Positions 47,534 to 59,530 of a stretch of 64,000 nt of DNA are shown here, piece by piece (the stretch's first letter is position 1; each line of letters opens with the position of its first letter). The DNA is from Rhynchopus sp. YZ270_cl-10 (Eukaryota), in NCBI GenBank assembly GCA_964035575.1, contig OZ037847.1, forward strand, positions 310,001 through 374,000, in the 5' to 3' direction. The notes under the pieces are model-generated. The model saw only the letters and a program-made list of their open reading frames with translations, was not told where the DNA came from and ran no database searches. A program made the position numbers and the translations under genes.

Positions 47534-48861
47534 AGTAGTAGGTGGTGACGGTGTCGGGTTGACGTCACAACATTCGTCTCTGTCGCAAAAACTGACGGGC
47601 ACTGGGTCTGAATTCCAAATGTGGATGTAATCGTAACTGCGACCACTGCCACAGCAGTGATTATTAAGCTGATCTATTGTACACAGACGTCTGCCATCAT
47701 TGGCGCAGATCGACATGGCCTCGGAGTAAGTTTTACCTGTTCCGTAACAGACTCCCGACGAGGTTAGTGCAGCACAGTCATTACTGTCGTGTGCACAGCA
47801 TCTGACACCTCCAAGTGTTTCTGTGTCTCTTAAATTGTACACACCCAGACAAAGCTGGCCCTGTAGTTGATGTGAGCCACTGCCACATGGTATGCCTGCA
47901 CTTCCAGGTTTGGGCAACCAGTCAGCGGGACACGAAAACGCATCACACATCACTGGAGGTGCTGGTGTCTGAGGTGCCACTGTCGGGGGTGCTGGTGTCG
48001 GTGGTGACGGTGTAGGTGGGGACGGTGTTGGGTTGACGTCACAGCATTCGTCTCTGTCACAAAAACTGTCGGGCACTGGGTCTGAAGTCCACATGTAACT
48101 CCAATCGTAATTGCAACCAGTGCCACAGCAGTTATTAGTATGCTGATCTTTTGTGCACAGACGTCTCCCATCATTGGCGCAGATCGACATGGCCTCGGAG
48201 TAAGTTTTGCCCGTTCCGTAACAGACCCCCGACGAGGATACTGAAGCACAGTCATTACTGTCATGTGCACAGCATCTGACACCTCCCAGTGTTTCTGTGT
48301 CTCTAAAAGGTTGAAACCCACACAAAGCCGGACCTGCAGTGGATTCGAAGCACATGGTATGCTTGCACTTCCAGGTTTGGGCGACCAGTCAGCAGGACAC
48401 GAAAACGCATCACACATCACTGCGGGTGCTAGTGTCTGAGGTGCTGCTGTAGGTGGCGATTGCGTTTGTCTGTGAGGATACATGCCGTACCAATCATCCT
48501 CTTTAACCCACGGAGAGTCGTCACCAGTGTACGTGACCCACGTTTCCCATACACCAGTTTGGTCATTTTTAACTTTGATGCTTGCTCGCCATCCATCAGA
48601 AGTTCCACTTGAGTCCAAACGCAGGCGCCACATATCGTTTGAAGTAAACCCGCAGTTTGGGGTGAGGCTGAAAAATGAAGATAGTGCTGGCGCGACGATG
48701 GTGGAGGAACATGTGTTTGAAGACGAATCGGGTGCTTGGTCGTACCATATTGTGATGGTGTGCGCTGTACCGGAGTACGTGCTGGAACCAGTTTGCACTT
48801 GTATCTGCAGCGTCTCCCCGCATATGACAAAGGCAAGAAGGAGGACCCACTGCAACATAGT
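47534..48861 (-). pseudogene. Truncated, frameshifted paralog of the giant surface protein
   Basis: Same signal peptide, PLAT-like domain and two Cys-rich repeats. A 1-bp deletion lies near 48304 (ctctaaaagg vs ctcttaaaagg at 45020). It breaks off at the start of the PPTPS stalk, fused to the duplicated spacer. Confidence 0.8.
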
Positions 48862-49762
48862 CGAGAGCTGTGTGTTTATGCAACACAACCCTCGCTTACT
48901 GTGTAATCTTATTAACGAGAGACGAGGGGGGGTTAGGGTATATAGGGAGTTGTGCCGTTAGAAACTTTCATAGGGAGAGAGAGAGGTCGTCCATCTTTAG
49001 CGGAAGCAAACCTAGAAACATATTGGAGCAGAGCACAGAAGAGGGAGGGAAGGGGAGGGGGGATCAAGAGCGAAGCTGGGAAGCATCCTTCTTGCGTCGA
49101 CCCAGCGTTCTTTCTTTTTTTAAAAAATTTTCGGCAACCGCCTCCTGCCCAATGTCCCAAGACATCTGCAAGGCTAGCACAAAGACAGCATATCTCACGA
49201 GCTGGGCATTAGAAGCGAATAGGAAGCCCTGTTCTTGACCCCCCCTTGATTAATAACCTAAAGGCTGGACAGCGGTATCTACTCTTCTTTGAAGACAAGA
49301 CCCTGACTGCTTCTGCGGTGCACATCTGACACCAAATCCTCGAGTCCTTCACCTTTCTCTTCAGTCTACACCAGAAAAGTACAACAAAAGAGAAGTTGAA
49401 AGTGACAAACCTGACAAAAGGACACACTACAATAAAGCCTATATTCTCAAACCTTTCTACCGCCATGATTTTTCATTGGACGCATCTCACCTTTTTTCCG
49501 AATATAATGATCCGTCTAAGGTCTCCACTTTGTCAAAAAAATAATTGCGAACACACACCTCCCCCAAAACATAAAAAACAGCAAAAAAACCCCCCCCTCT
49601 CTGAACACCTTCTCCCCCCCTCCTCCTCCTCCTCCCCCCCTACCCCAACAACAATCACCCAAATGGTTAGAATTCTTTGGTTTTGTGTGTAATAAATATT
49701 CTGATATTTATACGCCCCCCAAAGAGGAAAAACCTCTTTTGAGGCCAAAACCACAATAAAAA

Positions 49763-51117
49763 TCATCGTCCTCGCTGTACTCTCATGGTCGACCCTCTTC
49801 TGGAATCTGACGGTGCGCGGGAGGATTCACTGCTGGAAGAGACGTCTCTGCGGAAGGGTGGAGCCGCGATGGGGTGGAAAGGGATGTGGTGGTGCAGTGT
49901 TGGGGTGGAAGCGCCGGAGGAGACACTTCGAGGTGAGATGCAAGGGGTGAGCGGTGGGGTAGCTCCACAGGATGGAGGCATGCTGGGTAGCGTTGAGAGA
50001 GGCGATGTGGGCGGGCGGGTCAAGATCAGCTCCGTTTGCGCCTTAAGATGCTTTGGGTTCGACGAGGTGGACTGCCGCCGTCTGCTCCCCTCCCCTTCAG
50101 ACACTGCCTCAGACTGCATCACCAACCTCCTCCTCTCTCCACTCGCCCTACTCAATTCTTCCCCCAATCGAATCGCTTTAACCTCCTTCAAAAAATTGTC
50201 CTGCGACAATCTTTCCAACTCATCTCGCAACGAATCACACTTATGTGCAGTCACATCCGCTGCAGATTCATTCGTCTGGCACACCTGATGCAATCTGGTG
50301 ATCTCCTTTTGAAGCTTCCGGATGGTAGTATCAGAGTGCAAACCACTTGCCACACTCTGGCTTTCTGAATAGGTACTAAACGTAGAGGAGTCGCTATCAT
50401 ACGCAGTAACCAATGGATGACCTGCAGGATGCCCTGTATGATGTGGATCCCGATGGTGACGTGGTTGTGGTGTCTGGTCTGTGTCTTCCCCATCTGTATC
50501 GCCTACAGCCTGTTTGTACTGTTGCAAGTGGTTCAGCAGATTGTCCCCATCAGCTTGAACAATCTTTTCTAAAGAACGCTTCTGGTCCATCGCCTGGCGA
50601 AGTTGCTTTTTTAACTTCGTAACCTGAAAAAAAGGGGGTAAAGATGGGGAGGAGGGAGGTATTGCGTGTAACATACAATAAACCTACGTTCTCGTTGGAG
50701 ATGCTTTTCTAGCTCGTCTTTTTCTTTGGAGAGGTGTGATAACTGCTTTTGAAGCGAGTTTGCGAGGAATTCTTCTTCGACTTCAACCTGGAATTTTTTT
50801 TTTCAAAACACCCAATTTTTTTTTCATACCTGATGTGCAAGCTGCTCCTTATCCCTTTGCAACGCATCGAGCCGTTTGAGAAGCGCATTTGCGATGTATT
50901 CTTCTTCCTCCTCGACGGATCGTTGCAGAGATGCGGCATCGCTGCGCAGTTTTGCCACCTCTGCTGTCTTGTCTTGGAGGGTGCGTTCTGCGTGCGTCTT
51001 CTGCACGCTCACTGCCACTGCACTCTGCCTCACTTCCTCCGCCTCTGTCTCTAACAACAGGGCCTCCCGTTCCAACTCTAGTAACTCCTCCATCGACACA
51101 GTCTCATCGTGTTCCAT
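49763..51117 (-). CDS. CCDC6: CCDC6/H4-like coiled-coil protein, 419 aa, 3 exons (51117-50830, 50787-50677, 50623-49763)
   Basis: EEEEEYIANALLKRLDALQRDKEQLA, EEEFLANSLQKQL..EKDELEKHL and FI|VTKLKK follow the CCDC6 repeat pattern. Introns of 42 and 53 bp (GTATG..CAG). Confidence 0.8.
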
Positions 51118-51725
51118 TAATTTAATTCAAAAAAAAGTGAAATTTTGATATAGTGCAAAAAGAGAAGAAGATTAAGATATTATTTTCGAAAGATGGAGTT
51201 TTAATCCAGCGTCCTCTCAGAATAAAAACGTTGGGGCGCAAAAATCAAAAGTTAATCTGAACTTAATAGAATTTCCCTAAAAGGACGTTTTTGAGAAATA
51301 GAGCAGAAGAGGAAAAATGCAGGATTTTCTAGAGGGGAGAGAGGAGGAAAAGAAGGAAGGGAAGGAAAGGGTTGCCGCACGGAGGTGTATATCGGAGAAC
51401 CCAAAAAAGGTTGTGAATCAAATAATTGTGGGAAAAAACAAAACTGGAGTGGAGAAAACGAATGGGGAGGAGGAGAGCTGAGGGTGTGTAGTGTATGGCT
51501 GAGTGGGAGGTGTGGGTAGGGTTGGCTGTATTTGTATTTTAATGTATTTGGTGTATTATGTATTTTGATGTATTTTAATGTACTATAAAAAAACGGTATT
51601 AAAATACAATCAAAATACAGTGATTTCATCACTGGACGTTCGTTGACCGTAGTTTAGGTGTAGGCATGTGGTGGTGTGTGTGGGTTGGCGGGAGAGGCGG
51701 TAACAAAGTTGGTGGAAAAGAGGAG

Positions 51726-52286
51726 CAGGCTTCGCGCTAACTTTTGGAAAAAAATCTGAAAAATCGTGTTTCGGGCCCAAAAAAACGACCTCTTGGGCGG
51801 AAAAAGGATGTTTACGCACTTTTTGAGACCGGGGTTTCTTTACTAACACCAGAGGAATCTCATAGTTCAGAGTACGGGTACTTTAGAGTGTTTTCACACA
51901 CACATGTGACCCCACCGTGGAGAGCAATCAGCTCGCGCAATCAAAAGAAAGCAGAGAAAAGGGAAAAGAAAGAAAGAAAAAAGTTGGGTACCGTGCGCCT
52001 GCGGCGCTACCTGTTCCCAGTCAAAACACCACAATTTCAACTGAATTTGGGTTTTCAGACTGAAAATGCCCCTTGTTTAGGAGTATGGGTTCATATTTTG
52101 TGAAAATGTAAGTCACCAAAATTTTGTCCATTTTTCCGAATATGCCCCACCACAAGCCGGGATTGGCTCGGAAATGCCACAAAACACTGTTTTTTCACCC
52201 CCAGACGTAAGGCTATTTGACGTGCGTTTTTTTGGGCCCGAAACACGATTTTTCAGATTTTTTTCCAAAAGTTAGCGCGAAGCCTG
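51726..52286. mobile_element. hAT-type MITE (family of 16609-18372) whose flanks form an ~80-bp inverted duplication (51643-52365)
   Basis: TIR CAGGCTTCGCGCTAACTTTTGG. Flanks aagaggag / ctcctctt are inverted rather than direct. Confidence 0.85.
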
Positions 52287-52424
52287 CTCCTCTTTTCCAC
52301 CAACTTTGTTACCGCCTCTCCCGCCAACCCACACCACCACATGCCTACACCTAAAATACGGTCAAAATACAATCAAAATACAATCAAAATACAATCAAAA
52401 TACAATCAAAATACATCAAAATAC

Positions 52425-53529
52425 CATACAATGCAACGAGGCCGAGTCGGCCTCGCCAAGGACTGAAAATAAATACTCAGGCGTGCCTGAGGCGTACTCG
52501 GGATTAGTTACGTTTAAGTACGCCTCAGGCACGCCTGGGTATATTTATATTTCTTACCAGCATTTTGGTCATGAACAAAAAAGTATTTACCCCCAAATTT
52601 TGTGGCTTTCGATTCAGACGTAGCAAAATCTTTCAAATGCGGGGTCGCACGATGAAAAATGTGCCTCTGGGCCGAGCGAGTCGAAAAAATGAAAAGGGTT
52701 CGCTAAGCTTTGGTGCTGATGATATATATTTTGGTGGTACCTTCGGGTATTTCATTGATTCAAGAATCATTGTAAACAAATCTCGGGGGTGCTTTTCGAC
52801 TGGGTCCCTTCGGGGCCCAACTTGATGCAAGACGGAAGAGGCTCATACAAGGCTGGACCCTCTAACACTAGAGAGATCCCATCGAGATCCCAGAATTTTA
52901 CACAGGCCTCCTTGATCCACAGACCACAACTCTATTTTGAGTACAACTATGGGGTGGCCAAAGGACTTTTTTATACTTTTTTATACCCGAGGTATGACTC
53001 ATCTTCTGCGAAGCCTCTTTTTAGGAGGCAGTTTACTGTAAGCAGTAACCATGATATTTTTCCACTAAAAATATCTTGCGACCCCGCAATTTTCTCAGCA
53101 GGACACCGAAAGTTGATTTCAGCACATTTCAGGGGGCGGAGGAAATACATGGCATGCCTTAGAAACGTGATGACCTGTGCGTAATAATTTTATATATCAG
53201 CAGAAATATGAAATCGGGTATACTTTCCCCTGGTTTTGGTACAAACTTAAAGTCACGCATTTTTTGCTAAAAAAATTGTCCGACCCCGGAATTTTTTCAG
53301 ATCGCTCCGGAAATGCATCAGAGGCCCTTTTTGCGGGGGGGGAAATACACACCAGGCGCCTGAAACGCAAGTATGCGTTGATATATACTCAGGCGTGCCT
53401 GAGGCGTACTTAAACGTAACTAATCCCGAGTACGCCTCAGGCACGCCTCAGTGACGCCTCAGGCACGCCTCAGATATATTTTCCAGATACGAGTATTTTC
53501 AGGCGTACCCGGCCTCGTTGCATTGTATG
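52425..53529 (+). mobile_element. 1.1-kb CATAC...GTATG TIR element, copy 1, 6-bp TSD AAATAC
   Basis: TIR CATACAATGCAACGAGGCCG; subterminal palindromes built from CAGGCGTGCCTGAGGCGT; TSD at 52419-52424 and 53530-53535. Confidence 0.92.
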
Positions 53530-53566
53530 AAATACATATTAAAATACAGAATCAAAATACTGTATT

Positions 53567-55505
53567 CATACAATGCAACGAGGCCGGGTACGCCTGAAAA
53601 TACTCATGTCTGGAAAATATATCTGAGGCGTGCCTGAGGCGTCACTGAGGCGTGCCTGAGGCGTACTCGGGATTAGTCACGTTTAAGTACGCCTCAGGCA
53701 CGCCTGAGTATATATCAACACATACTTGCGTTTCAGGCGCCTGGTGTGTATTTTTTCCCCGCAAAAAGGGCCTCTGATGCATTTCCGGAGCAATCTGAAA
53801 AAATTCCGGGGTCGGACAATTTTTTTAGCAAAAAATGCGTGACTTTAAGTTTGTACCAAAAACCAGGGGAAAGTATACCCGGTTTCATATTTCTGCTGAT
53901 ATCACGTATGGCAAATGATAATATATTATGCGCTATTATGAGATCTCATAATACATGTGCTATTATGCGCTATTATGTGCTATTATGCGCTATTATGCGC
54001 CAATTATGCGGCGTTATGCGCTCATTATGTGCCGTACCCCCCACCCCCCCACCCAAAAAAAGTCGCTCAGAAGTGGTCAAAAGTGCCCAAAACCGGGCGG
54101 AATTCGATTTTGGGGTACAAATGGGCCTATGGTGTGGTTTTTATTGACTTCAGGGGGGTTTCTTTGATTTATTACCTACTTCACGTTTTTTGACGGCTTA
54201 AGATACCTTGGGTGGGAAAACCTTTGGTACCAGGTGCTTGACACTTTTTGAAACATGGTTCTAAGTTCCACCAAGTCCCTCTAAACACCCCGAAACCGCC
54301 TGGGTACCCCTCGGGATAGGTTCTGGGGTGAAAATATGTGGCTTTGGGGGCTTTTCTGGCCCCTGGCTCACACTGAGGCGTGATGGATGTGTGAGTTGCT
54401 CTATCTACGGGGGGTGGGCAGGTACAAGTTGTATGTACATTTTTGAAAAAAGCAGATACGGGGCTTCTTGAGGCTCAAAACTGCTCAAAACCGGGCGCAG
54501 ATGGATTTTTGGACATCTGAGGGTGGTATTTTCTGGTTTGGGGCATTGGGGTAGGGCACATAATGAGCACATAATGAGCACATAATAGCGCATAATCATT
54601 ATGCGCTATTATGTGCTATTATGCGCTATTATGCGCTATTATGCATTATGCGATTATTATGAGCGCGCATAATAGCGCATAATGATCTCATAATTTATTA
54701 TGAGATCTCATAATAAATTATCATTTGCCATACGTGTGATATATAAAATTATTATGCACAGGTCATCACGTTTCTAAGGCATGCTATGTATTTCCTCCGC
54801 CCCCTGAAATGTGCTGAAATCAACTTTCGGTGTCCTGCTGAGAAAATTGCGGGGTCGCAAGATATTTTTTGTGTAAAAATATCATGGTTACTGCTTACAG
54901 TAAACTGCCTCCTAAAAAGAGGCTTCGCAGAAGATGAGTCATACCTCGGGTATGTGTAAAAAAGTCCGTTGGTCACCCCATAGTTGTACTAAAAATAGAG
55001 CTGTGGTCTGTGGATCAAGGAGGCCTGTGTAAAATTCTGGGATCTCGATGGGATCTCTCTAGTGTTAGAGGGTCCAGCCTTGCATGAGCCTCTTCCGTCT
55101 TGCATCAAGTTGGGCCCGAAGGGACCTAGTCGAAAAGCACCCCCGAAATTTGTTTCCAATGATTCTTGAATCAATGAAATACCCGAAGGTACCACCAAAA
55201 TATATATCATCAGCACCAAAGCTTAGCGAACCCTTTTCATTTTTTTCGACTCGCTCGGCCCAGAGGCACATTTTTCATCGTGCGACCCCGCATTTGAAAG
55301 ATTTTGCTACCTCTGAATCGAAAACCACAAAATTTGGGGGTAAATACTTTTTTGTTCATGACCAAAATGCTGGTAAGAAATATAAATATACTCAGGCGTG
55401 CCTGAGGCGTACTTAAACGTAACTAATCCCGAGTACGCCTCAGGCACGCCTGAGTATTTATTTTCAGGCCTTGGCGAGGCCGACTCGGCCTCGTTGCATT
55501 GTATG
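53567..55505 (-). mobile_element. Same family, copy 2 (inverted, interrupted), 6-bp TSD TGTATT
   Basis: Reverse complement of copy 1; TSD at 53561-53566 and 55506-55511. Confidence 0.92.
53903..54736. mobile_element. 834-bp CACGT...ACGTG TIR element nested in copy 2, 6-bp TSD TGATAT
   Basis: TIR CACGTATGGCAAATGATAAT; subterminal (GCGCTATTAT)n. The empty site is visible in copies 1 and 3. Confidence 0.92.
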
Positions 55506-55898
55506 TGTATTATAAGTGTATTTTAATATTAAAATACATCAAAATACATTAAAATACATTACTGGGGGGGGTCGAATAGAAGCCCCCCCCCCCCTTGTAT
55601 TCACCATGTCAGCGCTTTTTTTAGGGGGGTTTTCAAACATAAAATTATTGTATAAATATTTTATGATCTGTTGAATACAAGTCCCTAAAAGGATTTTGCA
55701 TGTCGCAAAAAATTATTTTTTTTACAGTATGCTAAATACAAGTCCCTACACTGGAGTACCCCCTACTGGTACTCCGTGTAGGGACTTGTATTCTAAAATA
55801 TATTTTATGAAAACGGCCAAAATAAAAGGGGGACTTGTATTTGGCGGGGACTTGTATTCAGCAGGGGACTTGTATTCGCCCCCCCCCCCCCCCCCCTA

Positions 55899-57083
55899 GG
55901 TGGGGGCAAAACCTTCAGGACGGGTGAGGCATTTTGACTTTTTTGGACTTCCGCGCAAAGTACCCACAAACCACCCCTCATACACCCCCAGAAATGGGTC
56001 AGAAACACCCTGTGACCCGAAAATCCATGATAAGGGCACCTCAGAATATGAAAAAATGCAAAAAAATAGTGAAAAAGTGGCCTTTTGACGGTTTTGGCCA
56101 TGTTGGGTAAAATGACCATTTTTGGACAAAAAAATCAAAAAAACAGCAAAATTTCGACATCATGACAGCTGCTTGGGCACAAAACTACCCCAGGGAGGTC
56201 CTGTGAGTCCATTCCGACCTGTTTTGGACACTTTAGGTACTTTTTTTGGCCGTTTTTTGGCGTTTTTAGGTGAAAAAAGATCCCCTGACTATCCCCTGGC
56301 AGCCCTGGGCCGCGACTTGCGCCCTGCTTTTGGACCCCCTCTGGGCCAAAAAATGGGTGAAAACCCCCGAAAAAGCACTCCGGGAACCCAGATAGTTCCA
56401 AATATCCACTAGAAACCCACCCAAACACCTCAAAAACATGCCAGAAAAACATTTTCAAAAACACACTTTTTCAAATAAGTCATTATGGAACCTGCCCAGA
56501 TGAACTTTTTGAAAAAAGTGTGTTTTTGAAAATATTTTTCTGGCATGTTTTTGAGGTGTTTGGGTGGGTTTCTAGTGGATATTTGGAACTATCTGGGTTC
56601 CCGGAGTGCTTTTTCGGGGGTTTTCACCCATTTTTTGGCCCAGAGGGGGTCCAAAAGCAGGGCGCAAGTCGCGGCCCAGGGCTGCCAGGGGATAGTCAGG
56701 GGATATTTTTTGACCTCAAAACACCAAAAAAAACACCAAAAAGGGCGATAAATGTGTTCAAAACAGGTCGGAATGGACTCGCGGGACATTTTTGGGGCAT
56801 ATTTGTGCCCAGACAGGCCTAATGATGACAAAATTTTGCTTTTTTTTTGAAATATTGGTCAAAAATGGCCATTTTGACCAATATGGCCCAAACGGCCAAA
56901 ATGGTCTATTTTTGCTATTTTTTTCCATTTTTTTGTATCTCTGGGGTGTCTCACCTATAGAACACCCCCAAACCACACCCCAAAACCATCTCTGACCCGA
57001 AATTTTCGGTGGTTTGCGGGTACTTTGCGCGTAAATCCAAAAAAATCGAAATGCCTCAAAAAAATAGGGGTTTTGCCCCCACC
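55899..57083. mobile_element. Foldback element (~570-bp arms, ~30-bp spacer), TA TSD
   Basis: TIR GGTGGGGGCAAAACC. The arms are complementary almost to the centre near 56490. Confidence 0.88.
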
Positions 57084-57105
57084 TACCCCCCCCCCCCCCC
57101 CCCTA

Positions 57106-57934
57106 GGCATAGGTGCCCGGCGAGTTAAAACAACTCGGCAACTCGCCCAAATTCGGCCAACAACTCGCCCATTTTTTTTGGGCGAGTTGTTTTTTTTTGG
57201 GATTTTTTATGGCTACAAAAACACAGGTACACAGGTACACAGGTACACAGGTACACAGGTACACAGGTACACAGGTACACAGGTACACAGGTACACCACA
57301 TCACGTTTTATCTTGTGCATCCCACGCTTCACAGCTGGTCTGTGAATGTGCGCTTTGTGTGGTTTTGTGTATCCCAAAGGAAGTCGTCGCCCAAAGCATT
57401 TTGACTAAACGTGTGAACGTTGTGAACCTGGAATCGATAGCAGACAGGAAAAGAGGATGGGCAGGCAGCGCCTGCCCGACCTGTGTGAAGTGAATCAGTG
57501 ATTGCCTGACAGATGTCTGGGGAACCGTGTGTTCTGTGTGGGTATCCATGTACGGAGTATATCCCATTCCCCCCAGCAATTACCAAAAACCGTGAGTGTG
57601 CACGGTGGCCCATGGACCACCACGACCTAGTTACCACCTATGACTAGTCATATGACAAGGTGCATGTAATGAGTGGCGTTTGGCCTTAGCCCTGGTTGTT
57701 TTTCTTGAGATCATGTGTTGTACCAACGTTACATGTGTGTAACCTTACAACGTCACCTCCCATCCCTGTATGTTTTTGCCTGTAAAAATGGGCGAGTTGT
57801 GGCCGAGTTGTGGCCGAGTTGTGCCGAGTATAGGGCGAGTTGTGGCCGAGTTGTCCGAGTTTTGGGCGAGTTGTTAGGTGAAATCGTAAAGTTCCGACAA
57901 CTCGCCCAAAAACGACTCGGCGGGCACCTATGCC
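57106..57934. mobile_element. 829-bp TIR element, TA TSD, with an internal (ACACAGGT)n array at 57221-57295
   Basis: TIR GGCATAGGTGCCCG; subterminal GGCCGAGTTGT/CAACTCG repeats. Confidence 0.88.
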
Positions 57935-57936
57935 TA

Positions 57937-59339
57937 GGGGGGGTCACATCCCATGTTAAAAGTGAGGACACCGACCAAAAAAATTTTTTTTTGAGAAAAA
58001 AATGGACATCACCCTGAAAAACCAGAAAATATGGTCCCCAGGTGACCTACAATTCAATTCCGCCTGGTTTTGGACACTTCTGAGCACTTGTGGGGGTCTA
58101 ATTCGAATTTTTCAAAAAAAAAAATAACGGCCTGGGACAGGGTTTGTACTTTGGCACCTTTCAAATCGGGGTACAATCAAAACCCATTAAAAACACCGTT
58201 GGAACGCATTGAGAGGGCGGAAAAAGTACCGGGGACACTGGATTGGCAGTTCTACGCCAAGTCCGGTCTAAAATCCTTGTGTAGGCGCAGTGGAATGGCA
58301 GTAAAGGCAAAGCGCCGTATACACTGTGGAGTAGGCCTGCTGAAGGTGTCCTCAGAGGCGATTCTGCAAGCCCTGGGGAGATTGGGTTTAAGAAAACACG
58401 CGAAAAGGGGAGGAAAGTGACGTGTGTGGCATTGGGCCTCCCACGCGTCCTCCTCGCGGGTCATTGCGTATTGCTTGTCGTCAAGCAGTCTGGCCTTGCC
58501 ACATTGGAGCAGTGTGCCTAAGTTCCCAATACGGCGTTCCTTGTCCCTGTGAGCTTTGAGGACGCCCCGCTCTTGCCGCTATATTTTGTGGCGTGCCTGT
58601 CCGTCTTCAGGAGGGATATCTCTTTCCTCCCACAATAATCTGAGTGTGGGGTCTGAAGAAGATAAAGAAGACGAGGCAGATGCGGGGCGGTGCTTTAGTC
58701 GAGTCTATGACTAGATATCCATATACGTGGCTAGTACAGGGCTATTGCAGACTGAACTGCAAAACCAAGGGGAGGAATTGGGCATTGCAATATCTGGAAA
58801 GTCATACGAGGTGATTCTTTTAAAAGGAAGGTACCCTGAGGGACCGGGTGAGGCAGTGACGGCAGATCTGCTCGATAATTTACACCTGACTAATTTTCCT
58901 CCCTAAATTGATCACTCCCTGGCCTATTAATGGTGTGGGTACCTAAGCGCGTGTATACATTGGTCACTACGACCCACAAAATACAGATGCCAGGTGACCG
59001 TCTTGTCTTGTTTTGGCTGTATTCAAACGCAATTAGATGACATTAGTCAAGATGTATCCTTTACTTCCTAAAATATGAGTCATGGGCTGTTGCCATGGCC
59101 ATATCTCGTTTATGTGCTAAAAAATAGGAATAAGCAAGGTACAGACCCTGTCCCAAGACCCCTTTTTTTTTCGGAATTTTGATTTTCTGGTCACTTCCGG
59201 TCACTATTTTTGGTATTTTCGGGCCTCCAGGACGTTTTCCGGGGGGTCTTGGGTAGTGACTTGTGGGGTCGGACACTGCGCTGCGCGTAGAATTCAAAAA
59301 CCCTGAAAAAATGCATTGTCCTCCCCTTGTGACCCCCCC
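57937..59339. mobile_element. 1.4-kb TIR element, TA TSD, sharing a TA with the preceding element
   Basis: TIR GGGGGGGTCACA; TA at 57935-57936 and 59340-59341. Confidence 0.75.
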
Positions 59340-59367
59340 TACCCCCCCCCCCCCCCCCCCCCCCAGT

Positions 59368-59526
59368 AAAATACATTAAAATACATTAAAATACATTAAA
59401 ATACATTAAAATACATTAAAATACATTAAAATACATTAAAATACATTAAAATACATTAAAATACATTAAAATACATTAAAATACATTAAAATACATTAAA
59501 ATACATTAAAATACATTAAAATACAT
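59368..59526. repeat. (AAAATACATT)n array
   Basis: About 16 perfect 10-bp units. Confidence 0.95.
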
Positions 59527-59530
59527 GTAT

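Larger units (their letters stand above)
55562..59366. mobile_element. Poly-G/poly-C-ended TIR element with TA TSD, hosting three insertions in its right poly-C end
   Basis: TA|CTGGGGGGGG...CCCCAG|TA restores the AAAATACATT repeat. Imperfect inverted repeat GGTCGAATAGAAGCCCC / GGGGACTTGTATTCGCC; AATACAAGTCCC repeats. Confidence 0.65.

Noticed and set aside
52474..53472. Palindromic CAGGCGTGCCTGAGGCGT repeats as a CRISPR-like array
   Set aside because: No unique spacers or cas genes; these are subterminal repeats identical across three element copies.
53525..53529. Element terminus GTATG equals the intron donor consensus (Introner idea)
   Set aside because: The motif lies at the element's 3' exit rather than its start, and none of the seven introns shows TIRs or TSDs.
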